DNA of 64,000 nucleotides from Candidatus Latescibacterota bacterium. GTDB lineage: Bacteria; Latescibacterota; UBA2968; GCA-2709665. The stretch covers positions 576,001 to 640,000 of the forward strand of contig CAXXXF010000015.1 in assembly GCA_963667175.2 (NCBI GenBank), in the 5' to 3' direction. A program made the position numbers and the translations under genes. Under the pieces are notes generated by a model that saw nothing but the letters and a program-made list of their open reading frames with translations, was not told the DNA's origin and made no database searches. This document shows positions 1 to 9,289 of the stretch, piece after piece. Each line of letters opens with the position of its first letter. The first letter of the stretch is position 1.

Positions 1-1296
1 GTCGCGCAATTGCCAGGCCACACCGATGGATGGGCCCCCCAGCGCGTAGCTACGGCCGTTCTGGTACGTATAGTTCCGGGATGGACTCAACGGCTCATTG
101 CCGCCATGAAGAAAATGTCCTGCGCCTCCCCTGGGTGTGCAGATCGCCTCGAAGCCTGTACACCGGAAGCCCTTCCCGCCCATCCAGGTGAGGCGGTGCA
201 CGACTGCCGGGTGGGCGAGCATCTTCCGGAACGGTTCACACCAGGGACGGGGCAATTCAAGCAGGCCGGTCAAGGTGGGCCGCCCGGTTCCGGCCAGGCT
301 TTTGGACCCCATGGCCAGATCCACGCTTTCAACCACGATGCGTTCCGTAAACCGGTCGATCGCCTCGTTCGCCAGCGCAAGGTCTTCCGGCGTCATCACG
401 TTTCTGAGGACGAGGTGACCGCACAGGTCCCAGAAATAGAACTCCTTTTCGTCGATGTTCGAATCCGGATTCCTGATGTAGATGGAGGGGTGGGACAGGT
501 CGGGTTCCGGGTCCACCCGGCAGGTCTCACCATCCGAACTGAGCGTTGGAGGCGGGTCGGTATCCCTGTATCCGGGTTTGTGCAGCATCACGCGTTGCTC
601 CGGCGTCAACTCCGCCATCCATTCAGGCTGCTCTTCCTTCCGAGTCTTCGGTCCTGTGCCGACGGACTGAACGGCTGCGTGTCCCGCGTATCTGTACATG
701 AGCAGTCGCTGCGGGCGCTCCTTCGTTCCGGAACGTACGCCCTGAAGCAGGGTTGCCGCGCACAGCAGCAGGTCGCCCGCCTCCAGTGCCGGCTGAACGG
801 TCAGTCCCAGGTCGTCCTTCCCGGTCAGCACGTCTTCAGGAGTTTCCACGTTGCTCTTATGGCTGCACGGGACCAGCGAAAACCCGCCGTCTCCCGCGCC
901 CACGTCGGACAGCGCCCAGATGGCGTGTATCCCCTGGCAGTGCCGGCGGCCGTTGAGGATGTAGTAGGCCCGCCCGGCATCCATCGGTTCATTGCCGCCA
1001 ATCAGGCCGCCGGAAGCCCCATCCGTTTCACCGATCTGCTCCGGTTCGCGGTCCAGCCGAAAACCGTATCCGATGAGCTGGTTCAGGTACCCCACCAGCA
1101 CCGGATGGACCATCAGGTCCCGGAACGGCTCCCTCTGCGGTGCGGGCCACCCCAGCATGCCCGTCGTGCGGCCCTCCCGGTGGAGTGCCTGATTGCACGC
1201 CTCGATCTCTCTGGGAGTCAAGACGCCTCGTAAGATCAGGTAGCCGGCGACATCGAAACAGTAGTTCTCCTCGTGGCTCATCTCCTTCCGGTCCAT
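1..1296 (-). CDS. Phytanoyl-CoA dioxygenase (PhyH) family protein with two tandem domains, running off the window start
   Basis: Not in the ORF track because there is no stop in the window. Manual translation gives MDRKEMSHEENYCFDVAGYLILRGVLT...PFRDLMVHPVLVGYL...DGGFSLVPCSHKSN...EFYFWDLCGHLVLRNVMT...HFLHGGNE...VAWQLRD. GGAGG RBS lies upstream of ATG 1296. Confidence 0.85.
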   Translation of the reverse strand, partial: MDRKEMSHEENYCFDVAGYLILRGVLTPREIEACNQALHREGRTTGMLGWPAPQREPFRDLMVHPVLVGYLNQLIGYGFRLDREPEQIGETDGASGGLIGGNEPMDAGRAYYILNGRRHCQGIHAIWALSDVGAGDGGFSLVPCSHKSNVETPEDVLTGKDDLGLTVQPALEAGDLLLCAATLLQGVRSGTKERPQRLLMYRYAGHAAVQSVGTGPKTRKEEQPEWMAELTPEQRVMLHKPGYRDTDPPPTLSSDGETCRVDPEPDLSHPSIYIRNPDSNIDEKEFYFWDLCGHLVLRNVMTPEDLALANEAIDRFTERIVVESVDLAMGSKSLAGTGRPTLTGLLELPRPWCEPFRKMLAHPAVVHRLTWMGGKGFRCTGFEAICTPRGGAGHFLHGGNEPLSPSRNYTYQNGRSYALGGPSIGVAWQLRD

Positions 1297-1650
1297 TTCC
1301 GACCTCCGATATGTTGTACATTCGCCAGAAACCATGATAATATGTAGTAGTCATGATACTTGTGAACATCTGGAGGTGTCAACAGAAAACGGGACGCGCC
1401 CCGCGTTCGCCTGTCGCTTGCGGACCACGCCGCAAAGTGTTACCTATGTAACCGAACGGCGAGAAGCAGCGATCAGCGGTCAGCTTGATTCAAGAGACGA
1501 AGATCAAATTCAAACTAACCTTTTCCCCAAATTCCCTGAAGAACGGGTAGACGTTAGACGGGAGACGGGAGAGGATAGCCCGCGCCCAGGGGAAGACGAT
1601 AGGGCTTGGCGAAAACTACCTGCAATAGGCGCGCGGACCTCTCCCCCCGG

Positions 1651-1683
1651 CCTGCCTGCGCCGAGTTCTGCTCGGCAGGCAGG
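1651..1683 (+). mobile_element. CCTGCCTG/CAGGCAGG mini-hairpin, 33 nt
   Basis: CCTGCCTG-CG-CCGAG-TTCTG-CTCGG-CAGGCAGG inside a CCTCTCCCCCCGG...GGGGGAGAGG repeat. Confidence 0.75.
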
Positions 1684-1942
1684 CTCCCTCTCCCGGGGGA
1701 GAGGGGGAGCAGAGCGAGGTGTCGTATCTTCGCCGAAATCGAAATTCAGCTCACACGGAGACACAAAGACACAAAGAAAACCAAAGGGCAAGACCCGAGA
1801 CACCGTTGAGGCGGGCAACCACCAGGGTTGCCACGACAAACGAAAATGCAGCGATCAGGAGTCGGTCTTCGGCCGTCAGCTTGAACCATAACAAACCCTT
1901 TGACGTCAGCGCCGGGAGGTAGGCGCAGACCTCTCCCCCCGG

Positions 1943-1975
1943 CCTGCCTGCGCCGAGTTCTGCTCGGCAGGCAGG
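1943..1975 (+). mobile_element. CCTGCCTG/CAGGCAGG mini-hairpin, 33 nt (identical to 1651-1683)
   Basis: Sits at the centre of the palindrome CCTCTCCCCCCGG...CCGGGGGGAGAGG (1930-1988). Confidence 0.75.
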
Positions 1976-2186
1976 CCGGGGGGAGAGGGGGTGAAAAGCG
2001 GAGACCGCGAAGGGATCACAGTTCCCCCTTCCCCCCGGGAAGGGGGAAAGGGGGTAGGTCGGTGGGACGGTGAGGGGTAAAGGCAGTTGTCAGTTAAATT
2101 CGGTTGGCGAAGGGTACACGTGATGTCATCGGTCGTTGTCTGCGTCGCGATGTGGATTAACCAGAAGGGACGCGTCGAGGGCAGGA

Positions 2187-2219
2187 CCTGCCTGCAGCGC
2201 AGTACGCTGCGCAGGCAGG
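2187..2219 (-). mobile_element. CCTGCCTG/CAGGCAGG mini-hairpin, 33 nt
   Basis: CCTGCCTG-CAGCG-CAGTA-CGCTG-CG-CAGGCAGG splits the REP-like GAGGGCAGGA|TGCCCTCGCTCCC with no duplication. Confidence 0.75.
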
Positions 2220-2315
2220 TGCCCTCGCTCCCAGGGAGACGTCTTCCTTCTTCCTTTTTCTTTCTTCGTTCTTCCTTCATCTTTTTCCTTCTTCCTTTTT
2301 TTGAAAGGAGTCGAC

Positions 2316-3278
2316 ATGACAGATCTAAAGGCCGCGGTTATCGGCTGCGGCGGGCACGCCCAGTCGCACCTGCAGATGATCGCGAACGAACCGAGGCTTC
2401 GGCTGGCGGGCATCGCGGAACTCGATGAGGAGCGGTTGCGCGGGAATCGGGCCGAATGGGCGCCTGAGCAGGCCTTTTCGGACTACCGCCAGATGCTCGA
2501 CGCGTGCAGTCCGGACGTGGTGTACGTGGTCACGAATCCCGGACACCTTCTGCCCATTGTTCTGGAATGCCTGAACAGGGGCATCCACACTTCGGTGGAG
2601 AAGTCTCCCGGAATGAACGTGGACGAGACCTCCCAGATGGCGCGGGCCGCCCGGCAGAGTACGGGCAAGGCCATCGTATCGTTCAACCGTCGATACTATC
2701 CTCACGTGCTGGCCGTCCGGCGGCGCATCCAGGCGGGCGGGGGCGCGGTACACGTCGCGGCCACGTACAACAAGCCGTTATCCCGGTTTAAGGACGCAAC
2801 GCCCGATCCGGTGATCTGCGACGCCATCCACCACGTGGACCTGATTCGCTGGTTGGCGGGTTCCGGCCCGGAAGAAGCAGCGATACCGGTGGAAGTGCGG
2901 GGAATGGTGCAGGACGGCGCGCGCCCCGTGTGCCATCGCCACAACGCCGTGGTGCGCTTCGACACGGGCGCGTTCGGCGTCCTGATGTGCCACTACGGCG
3001 TGGGCTATCGCATCCAGAGGGCGGAAGTACACGCGGAGGACCTGTCGGCCTATCTCGATCTGACTCGGGCGCCGCAGGTGGAGGGATATGAGCGGGGCGA
3101 GCCTTTTTTGGTGGAAGACGAGGAAATCGAGGCCGTGGGCGGCCCCGGCTTCAACGAGACCGCCCACTTCACCGATTGCATTCTGGAAGACCGCACGCCA
3201 TGGTCAACCCTGGACGACGCGGTGCAGACCATGCGCCTGTGCGAGGCCATCCGCGCAGGTCACGTGGGGACGTTGTGA
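2316..3278 (+). CDS. Gfo/Idh/MocA family oxidoreductase
   Basis: AAVIGCGGHA Rossmann motif, VEKSP, SFNRRY, DAIHHVD. AAGGAG RBS before ATG 2316. Confidence 0.9.
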   Translation: MTDLKAAVIGCGGHAQSHLQMIANEPRLRLAGIAELDEERLRGNRAEWAPEQAFSDYRQMLDACSPDVVYVVTNPGHLLPIVLECLNRGIHTSVEKSPGMNVDETSQMARAARQSTGKAIVSFNRRYYPHVLAVRRRIQAGGGAVHVAATYNKPLSRFKDATPDPVICDAIHHVDLIRWLAGSGPEEAAIPVEVRGMVQDGARPVCHRHNAVVRFDTGAFGVLMCHYGVGYRIQRAEVHAEDLSAYLDLTRAPQVEGYERGEPFLVEDEEIEAVGGPGFNETAHFTDCILEDRTPWSTLDDAVQTMRLCEAIRAGHVGTL

Positions 3279-3300
3279 TCGGAATTCCAGGACCTGAGGG

Positions 3301-5721
3301 CTACTCATAACGCAACGTGTCGACCGGATTTGCGAGCGCGGCCATCATCGACTGGGCGCCCACCGTGAGCAGCGCGATCCCGAGCGCCAGAATGCCGCAC
3401 AGAATGAAGACGACCGGCTCCGGATCGATCCGATAGGCGAAATTCTGAAGCCATTCGTTCATCACGTAGTAGGCAGCCGGCCACGCCAGCAGGTTGGCGA
3501 CGAGGACAAGCTTTATGAATTCACCGGAAAGCAGGAATGAAAGGGTAGCAACCGAACCTCCCAGCACCTTTCGGATACCGACTTCCCTGGTCCGCCGCGC
3601 AACGGCAAGAGACGTCAGCCCGAGAAGCCCCAGACAGGAGATCAGGATCGCGAACAGGAACGTATACCCGGTAATCCTGAACCACCGATCTTCATTCTGG
3701 TACTGGCGGGCGAGATTGTCTTCGAGGAAGGAATGAAGAAACGGGCTGTCGGGCGCAACCGCCTCCCACGTCTCCTTCAGAAACGCGATGCTACCTGCGA
3801 TGTCCTCAGGCTGGATACGGATCAGGACGAAGGGTCCCCACGACCGTGGCCCGGTGTGCAGCAACAACGGCTTGATTTCTCCGCGCAGGGAATCGAAATG
3901 GAAATCTTTTACAACGCCAATGACGGTCGGTTCGCCGAGTTGCTCCCACGCCTCCTGTTTCAGCGTTTTGCCGACCGGGTCCTTCCCCTCCCATCCGAGC
4001 ATTCCAGCCAGCTTCTCATTTACCAGCGCGTACAGTTTCAGGCCCGACGACGCTGGTGTGAGATTCCGACCAGCGATTAGCTGGATCTTCAGGGTCTCGA
4101 GATAGTCATGGTCAATTCGAACAATCCTTGCCTGGACACGCTCGCCGCTCTCCGATTCCAATCTGGTGGAATGGGTGCCGCTCGTAAACGCCCGGTCACT
4201 GATGGTTGCATTGAGTATCCGAGGAGATCCGGATATTTCCGCTTTGTACCGTTCGCTGACAGTGTCCGCATTCCTCACCATGGCGGGGACAACGACCACC
4301 TGTTCTGCACGGTACCCGAGATCTCTTTCTTTGACGAATCTGAGTTGTTGGAACATCATCGCGGCGCTGATCATCAGCGTGATGGTCAGGCCGTATTGCA
4401 CAACCACCAGCACCCTCGATCCCAGGTTTCGCCCCCCAATTCCTTTCTGCCCCTTGAGCACCTCCACCGGCTGGATCCGGAGCAGGACGGCGGCCGGATA
4501 ACTGCCCGCTACGAGTCCCGCGATGCCCACGATCCCCATGAGAGCCACCATCGTTCCCCAACTGTCCATATAGGGTATACTCAGATTCTTCCGCGCCAGA
4601 TCATTGAAGACAGGTAGAAACAACTCCGCCAGAGCGATTCCCATCGCCAGGGCAATCATGCTCAGAAACAATGCCTCGCCCAAAAACTGCTCTACAAGCT
4701 GCATCCTCTGGGCCCCGAGCACTTTTCGCATTCCCACTTCGCGGGCGCGTCCAACCAACCGGCCGGCGGTCAGCGTCATATAATTGATACATGCGATTGC
4801 CAGCACGAGAAGCGCAAGCCCGGACAGCACGTAGGAGTAGAACACGTTACCACGAGCTTCGTACGAATTCCTTCTGACCTCGGAATTTAGATAGACGTCG
4901 CGCAGCGGCTGGAGAGCCAGCAAAAACCCGTCGTCCGTTTTCCTCACGCGACCGTGCGTTTTGTAAACCTCGATTCTGTCTCCGAGGTGTTTCTCGGCGA
5001 ACGGCGGGAGCTCCGCTTCCAGGGCCTCTATATCCTGTCCTTCCACAAGTTGCACGTACATGGAGGCCTTCGCGTTCATCCAATCCGAATTCGTCCCATA
5101 GTTCTCGTGGTATCCAATGGGGACAAGTAAACTGAATTTCAGGCTGGAAGTCTCGGGAACGTCCCGCATCACACCCGTGACGCTAAACTCCTTGACTCCA
5201 ACCGACAGCGGCTTTCCCAGGGCTGCTGTGTATCCATCTTCCGGATTCCCGAAGAGCTTGAGGGCGACGGTCTCGCTCACCACCACGCCATCCGGCCGCC
5301 GCAGCGCGGTTGCGGCGTCTCCCGCGAGGAGTGGAAACGAGAATATCTCCAGAAACTGGGGGTCCACCAGACCGAAGGATTCGCGAAGGAAGATCTTCTG
5401 GTACGAGACCTGAGCCCTGGCACGCAGGAATCCGCTCGCGCGTTTGATCCCTGGAAATTCCTCCTCGAGCGCTGAGGCAAGAAAAGTCGGATGGAGGGTG
5501 GAATAGCCGATACTGCCATCGGGCCTGGTTTCGCGACCAATCACCCGAAAGATCCGGTCGGCATCCTCGTGGAAAGCATCGTGCCGCCATTCGTGCCGGA
5601 CGTACAGGAAGATCAGGATACAGCAGGCGAGGCCGATCGCCAGACCGAAGACGTTGATAAACGCGTAGAGCTTCTGGCGAAGCACGTTTCGCATGGCCAC
5701 GACGAAGTAGTTGCGGAACAT
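3301..5721 (-). CDS. ABC transporter permease, duplicated MacB_PCD+FtsX type (paralog 1)
   Basis: MFRNY..A.RN, GLAIG, RAREVGMRKVLGA, RRTREVGIRKVLG, C-terminal ANPVDTLRYE. Confidence 0.93.
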   Translation of the reverse strand: MFRNYFVVAMRNVLRQKLYAFINVFGLAIGLACCILIFLYVRHEWRHDAFHEDADRIFRVIGRETRPDGSIGYSTLHPTFLASALEEEFPGIKRASGFLRARAQVSYQKIFLRESFGLVDPQFLEIFSFPLLAGDAATALRRPDGVVVSETVALKLFGNPEDGYTAALGKPLSVGVKEFSVTGVMRDVPETSSLKFSLLVPIGYHENYGTNSDWMNAKASMYVQLVEGQDIEALEAELPPFAEKHLGDRIEVYKTHGRVRKTDDGFLLALQPLRDVYLNSEVRRNSYEARGNVFYSYVLSGLALLVLAIACINYMTLTAGRLVGRAREVGMRKVLGAQRMQLVEQFLGEALFLSMIALAMGIALAELFLPVFNDLARKNLSIPYMDSWGTMVALMGIVGIAGLVAGSYPAAVLLRIQPVEVLKGQKGIGGRNLGSRVLVVVQYGLTITLMISAAMMFQQLRFVKERDLGYRAEQVVVVPAMVRNADTVSERYKAEISGSPRILNATISDRAFTSGTHSTRLESESGERVQARIVRIDHDYLETLKIQLIAGRNLTPASSGLKLYALVNEKLAGMLGWEGKDPVGKTLKQEAWEQLGEPTVIGVVKDFHFDSLRGEIKPLLLHTGPRSWGPFVLIRIQPEDIAGSIAFLKETWEAVAPDSPFLHSFLEDNLARQYQNEDRWFRITGYTFLFAILISCLGLLGLTSLAVARRTREVGIRKVLGGSVATLSFLLSGEFIKLVLVANLLAWPAAYYVMNEWLQNFAYRIDPEPVVFILCGILALGIALLTVGAQSMMAALANPVDTLRYE

Positions 5722-5769
5722 TCTGAATCCTTAAAAGTGCGTAACCAGCACAATCTTCCCGTCGCACAT

Positions 5770-5985
5770 AGCGAGGCTTCGCGTCGTTCAGCCGAAACGA
5801 GATAGGTGGAAGTAAAGGCGCGAGCCCGCTTGAAGGTCGAATCACTCCCCCCTTGAGGGGGAGTCGCCTGCCTGCGTCCGCAGGACAGGCAGGCAGAAGC
5901 AGAGCCGGTGCTCTGAGCCTGTGGTCCCAATGCTTGTCGAAGGGTCAATGGATATTGACGCACCGGCGAAGGTGGTGGGGGGATT
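5770..5985 (+). repeat. ~220-bp dispersed repeat with CACTCCCCCCTTGAGGGGGAGT hairpin; inverted homolog at 11755-12030
   Basis: Alignable by eye with the reverse complement of 11755-12030. Carries a 27-nt CCTGCCTG hairpin at 5867-5893. Confidence 0.75.
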
Positions 5986-6058
5986 GCAACGCCTTGCCGT
6001 GAGCAAAAAGCACGGATAAACATGCGCGCGGTTTGCGTAGCAGTCTTACCGAAGGGAC

Positions 6059-6748
6059 CTAATTCGGCGCCTGTTCCTTGATGTTTTCCGACACCACGTG
6101 GCCGTCGAACAGGTGAACGACGCGGTGGGCAAACCCGGCATCGTGGGCCTTATGGGTGACCATGACGATGGTCGTCCCGTTCTTGTTCAGCTCCGTCAAC
6201 AGCCCCATCACTTCATTGCCGTTGGCGGAATCCAGGTTCCCCGTGGGCTCGTCGGCCAGAATGATCTTCGGATTCGAGATGACGGCCCGCGCCACGGCCA
6301 CGCGCTGCTGCTGGCCGCCCGACAACTGCTGCGGAAAGTGCTTCTCACGGTGCTTGATGCCCATATATTCCATCGACTCGTCCACGCGTTTTCTGCGTTC
6401 CTTCGACGGCATCTTCAGGTACAGCAGCGGCAGTTCGATGTTTTCGGCCACGGTCAGTTCGTCGATCAGATTGAAACTCTGGAACACGAAGCCGATGTTT
6501 TCCTTCCGGGCATCGGCTCTCTGCCGCTCCGTGTGTTTGGAGACCTCCACGTCATTCAGGTAGTATTCCCCATCGGTGGGATTGTCAAGCAGCCCCAGCA
6601 CGTTCAGGAGCGTGGACTTCCCGCAGCCCGACGGTCCCATCACGGCGACGAACTCGCCTTCGCTGATCTCGAGATTGACATTGCGCAGCGCGGTGGTTTC
6701 GACTTCTTCGGTCCTGTACACCTTCTGTAAATCCACAGTCTTGATCAT
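6059..6748 (-). CDS. ABC transporter ATP-binding protein (MacB/LolD type)
   Basis: GPSGCGKST Walker A, LSGGQQQR signature, ILADEPTGNLD, VTH. Confidence 0.96.
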   Translation of the reverse strand: MIKTVDLQKVYRTEEVETTALRNVNLEISEGEFVAVMGPSGCGKSTLLNVLGLLDNPTDGEYYLNDVEVSKHTERQRADARKENIGFVFQSFNLIDELTVAENIELPLLYLKMPSKERRKRVDESMEYMGIKHREKHFPQQLSGGQQQRVAVARAVISNPKIILADEPTGNLDSANGNEVMGLLTELNKNGTTIVMVTHKAHDAGFAHRVVHLFDGHVVSENIKEQAPN

Positions 6749-6767
6749 TTCGAGACTCCTTTCTGAA

Positions 6768-6973
6768 GTCAGCTTTCAGCAATCAGCAGTCAGCAGTTAG
6801 CCAAAAGCGGGTTCACGTCATTCCACAGAGTGGCCGCGAGTGTAGTCTTGATTTCGATGATTTCTCCCCTGATCCAATTGTCATCCGCTCGCTCTGGATG
6901 TCGCCGAGGCCAAGCGCCAAATGACATCGGTATACCATACGGGTTTAAGCTGACCGCTGATGGCTGACAGCTT
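6768..6973. repeat. Inverted arrays of 7-mer repeats flanking a ~145-bp spacer
   Basis: TCAGCTT-TCAGCAA-TCAGCAG-TCAGCAG at 6769-6801 and GCTGACC-GCTGATG-GCTGACA at 6949-6972. Confidence 0.7.
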
Positions 6974-8399
6974 ATTGCTGCAGTACCAGCTTATCGATTT
7001 CCTCATAGTTCTCATACGACGACGTTACGACGCGATCACCGGGCGAGAGGCCCTCGAGCACCTCGAAGTACTCGGGATTCTGGCGGCCGATGCGCACGGG
7101 GCGCCGCACGGCCAGGTCGCCCTCGACCACGAAGACCCAGTTCCCGCCCGTGGTCTGATAGAAGCCGCCGCGGGGCAACAACAACGCGACTTCCGGCGCG
7201 TCCAGTTCCAGCCGGATCTGTTCCGTCTGCCCGCGGCGGATGCTTCGCGGCGCCTCGCCGACAAAGTCCATATCCACCTCGAACTGCCCCTCCTTCACCT
7301 CCGGGAAGACCCGGCGGATCTTCAGCTCGAAGATCTCGTCGTCGATCTCAATCGTCCCCTTGAGTCCGGTCGTGATTCTCGTAATGTAGAACTCATCGAT
7401 GGCCGCGCGCATCTTGTACGCGTCCAGAACGTCGATCTGGCCGATGCTGGTCCCTTTCGCGATCAACTTGCCGATCTCTGCGTTGAGTTGCGACAACTGC
7501 CCGTCGATCGGCGCGCGGACCGTCAGGTTTCTCAATGGACGTCGCACGTCGTCCAGTTGAAGCTGAAGACTCCTGGCGCGCTTCTGGAGGGCGGCCAACT
7601 CGTTGACGCGATAGATCGAGTCGCGTCGCACGGTTTCCAGCATAAACACTTTGAGCTTCTGCGCGTGTTCGTATTTGTCCTTTGCCGACTCGAATTCGTC
7701 GCGGGAGGCGAGGTCATTTTCGAATAGCGCTTCCTGCCTGCGAAAGTCGCGCTCGGACTTCTGAAGGTCCAGTTCGATGTCCATCAGGGAACGCTTGCGC
7801 TGGATGTCCTGGATTTCCTGGCTCAACCGCGTGTTTTCCATCCTGTTGATCTGCTCGAACAACTGCGCTTCCTGGCTCAACACGGTCTGTTCCAGGGTCG
7901 GATTCGACATCCGCAGGATCGGCGTCCCCCGTTCGACCATGGCCCCGACTTCGAGGAAGATCTCTTCCACCTGACCGCCTTCCAGGGCATCCAGGTAGTG
8001 TGTCTGGATGGGCATGACCGTGCCGCGCTGCGGGATGAACTCCTGGAAGTAGCCGACGGTGACTTCGGAAATCGTGATCCGCTCAGCCTGCACGTTCAGC
8101 CTGGCGCTGTGATCGCCGAAGACGGCCATATAGACCACCAGACCTACGAAGCCCGCAATCGCTGCCGCGCTGATGATGCGCTTCGGCGTCCACAGCTTCT
8201 TCTTGATCTTGCGGTCCATGCCCTCGGTTGGCGTCTCCCGTACAGACGCGGAAGTACCGGGATTCACGAAACGGGGAATCGGTTTATCTCCGCCAACGGA
8301 GTCTGCCGGTTCTGAGGGTGTTTCCTGACTGGAAGTCGCGTCCGTCCGATTCAGCTTCAACCGACGTCCCTTTTCCTTCTTCGGTTTTTGCTCTTCCAT
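6972..8399 (-). CDS. Efflux periplasmic adaptor (membrane fusion protein, HlyD/MacA type)
   Basis: N-terminal TM helix, lipoyl-like GGQVEEI..G..V..G, long coiled coil, VRAPIDG, EVLEGLSPGDRVV. Alternative start at 8219. Confidence 0.92.
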   Translation of the reverse strand: MEEQKPKKEKGRRLKLNRTDATSSQETPSEPADSVGGDKPIPRFVNPGTSASVRETPTEGMDRKIKKKLWTPKRIISAAAIAGFVGLVVYMAVFGDHSARLNVQAERITISEVTVGYFQEFIPQRGTVMPIQTHYLDALEGGQVEEIFLEVGAMVERGTPILRMSNPTLEQTVLSQEAQLFEQINRMENTRLSQEIQDIQRKRSLMDIELDLQKSERDFRRQEALFENDLASRDEFESAKDKYEHAQKLKVFMLETVRRDSIYRVNELAALQKRARSLQLQLDDVRRPLRNLTVRAPIDGQLSQLNAEIGKLIAKGTSIGQIDVLDAYKMRAAIDEFYITRITTGLKGTIEIDDEIFELKIRRVFPEVKEGQFEVDMDFVGEAPRSIRRGQTEQIRLELDAPEVALLLPRGGFYQTTGGNWVFVVEGDLAVRRPVRIGRQNPEYFEVLEGLSPGDRVVTSSYENYEEIDKLVLQQ

Positions 8400-8461
8400 C
8401 GTCTCGCCTTAACGTACTAATGAAACGCCAGCCTCCAGCCTTCCCGGATTTCCGGCCGTCC

Positions 8462-9082
8462 CTATGAACTCCTCGTCATCCCCCGCCGTTCCACTTCCCG
8501 CCTCAATTCGTGACGCCCCCGGTACAGCCAGACTTTCAGGGTCCCCATCGGTACCTGCAGCTGCTCGACGATCTCATCATAAGACCGTTCCATAAGATAA
8601 TGCAGTGAGACCGCTTCGCGCTGACGTTCCGGCAGCGCCCGGATGCCTTCGATCACGATCCGCCGGCGCTCCTTTCGCGCCAGAACGGCGTCGGGACCTT
8701 CGTCGGGCGACGCGCGCCACCGCGCCTGGAGCGCAGGCTCGGCATCATTGACTTCGCTCAACCAGACCCTCCGCTTCTTCAAGGACCTCAGGTAGTTTGT
8801 ACACACATTCATGGCAATGCGCGTGAGCCACGTGGTGAAAGCGGCCTGCCCGCGAAATCCCGGAAGCCCCAGGAAGGCCTTGATGAAGACCAGTTGAACC
8901 AGGTCCTCGGCCTCATCCACGTTGCCCGCGCACCGGTGAACGAGCGCACGCACCCGGTCACGATGCCGCCTGAAGAGAACCTGATAGGCCCACTCATCGC
9001 CGGCAACGGCCCGGTCGATCAGCGCCGCATCGGACTCCGGCGAGCACTGTAGCGGCAGGAATTCGCTTTTCTTTTTTATCAC
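8462..9082 (-). CDS. ECF RNA polymerase sigma factor
   Basis: Region 2 AEDLVQLVFIKA..F.G.AAFTTWLTRIAMN; region 4 LPERQREAV..SYDEI...GTLKVWLYRGR. Confidence 0.92.
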   Translation of the reverse strand: MIKKKSEFLPLQCSPESDAALIDRAVAGDEWAYQVLFRRHRDRVRALVHRCAGNVDEAEDLVQLVFIKAFLGLPGFRGQAAFTTWLTRIAMNVCTNYLRSLKKRRVWLSEVNDAEPALQARWRASPDEGPDAVLARKERRRIVIEGIRALPERQREAVSLHYLMERSYDEIVEQLQVPMGTLKVWLYRGRHELRREVERRGMTRSS

Positions 9083-9144
9083 AAGCAGCCGGTCTCCGTC
9101 TTATGTCGTACGTATACAAGACACCCGCGTCTCGATTATACAGA

Positions 9145-9262
9145 AGCGACAACCGTGCCAACGAACTTTTCTATATAATTTTCAACTGTTTATACGAATA
9201 TGCTCACGAAAGCGGAATAAATAAGTGTTCGATTTCGATACACTGATGTCCGAAAATGGACA
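9145..9262 (-). promoter_or_regulatory. Sigma54 promoter module (-24/-12 site plus tandem palindromic activator boxes) upstream of the ECF sigma gene
   Basis: TGGCAC-GGTTG-TCGCT on minus strand (9145-9160); AT-rich IHF-like spacer; TGTTCGATTTCGATACA (9226-9242) and TGTCCGAAAATGGACA (9247-9262). Confidence 0.8.
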
Positions 9263-9289
9263 GTTCTGGCAGCGCCTGGACGGCACAGC

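Larger units (their letters stand above)
1545..2062. repeat. Cluster of palindromic and short-period intergenic repeats
   Basis: Contains 7-mer (AGACGKK) repeats, CCTCTCCCCCCGG hairpins, the CACAAAGACACAAAG repeat and a GGGCAACCAC..GGGTTGCC REP. Related copies are at 17928-18125 and 41029-41098. Confidence 0.75.

Noticed and set aside
10-1233. 407-aa plus-strand ORF
   Set aside because: Antisense shadow of the minus-strand PhyH gene; no recognisable motifs.
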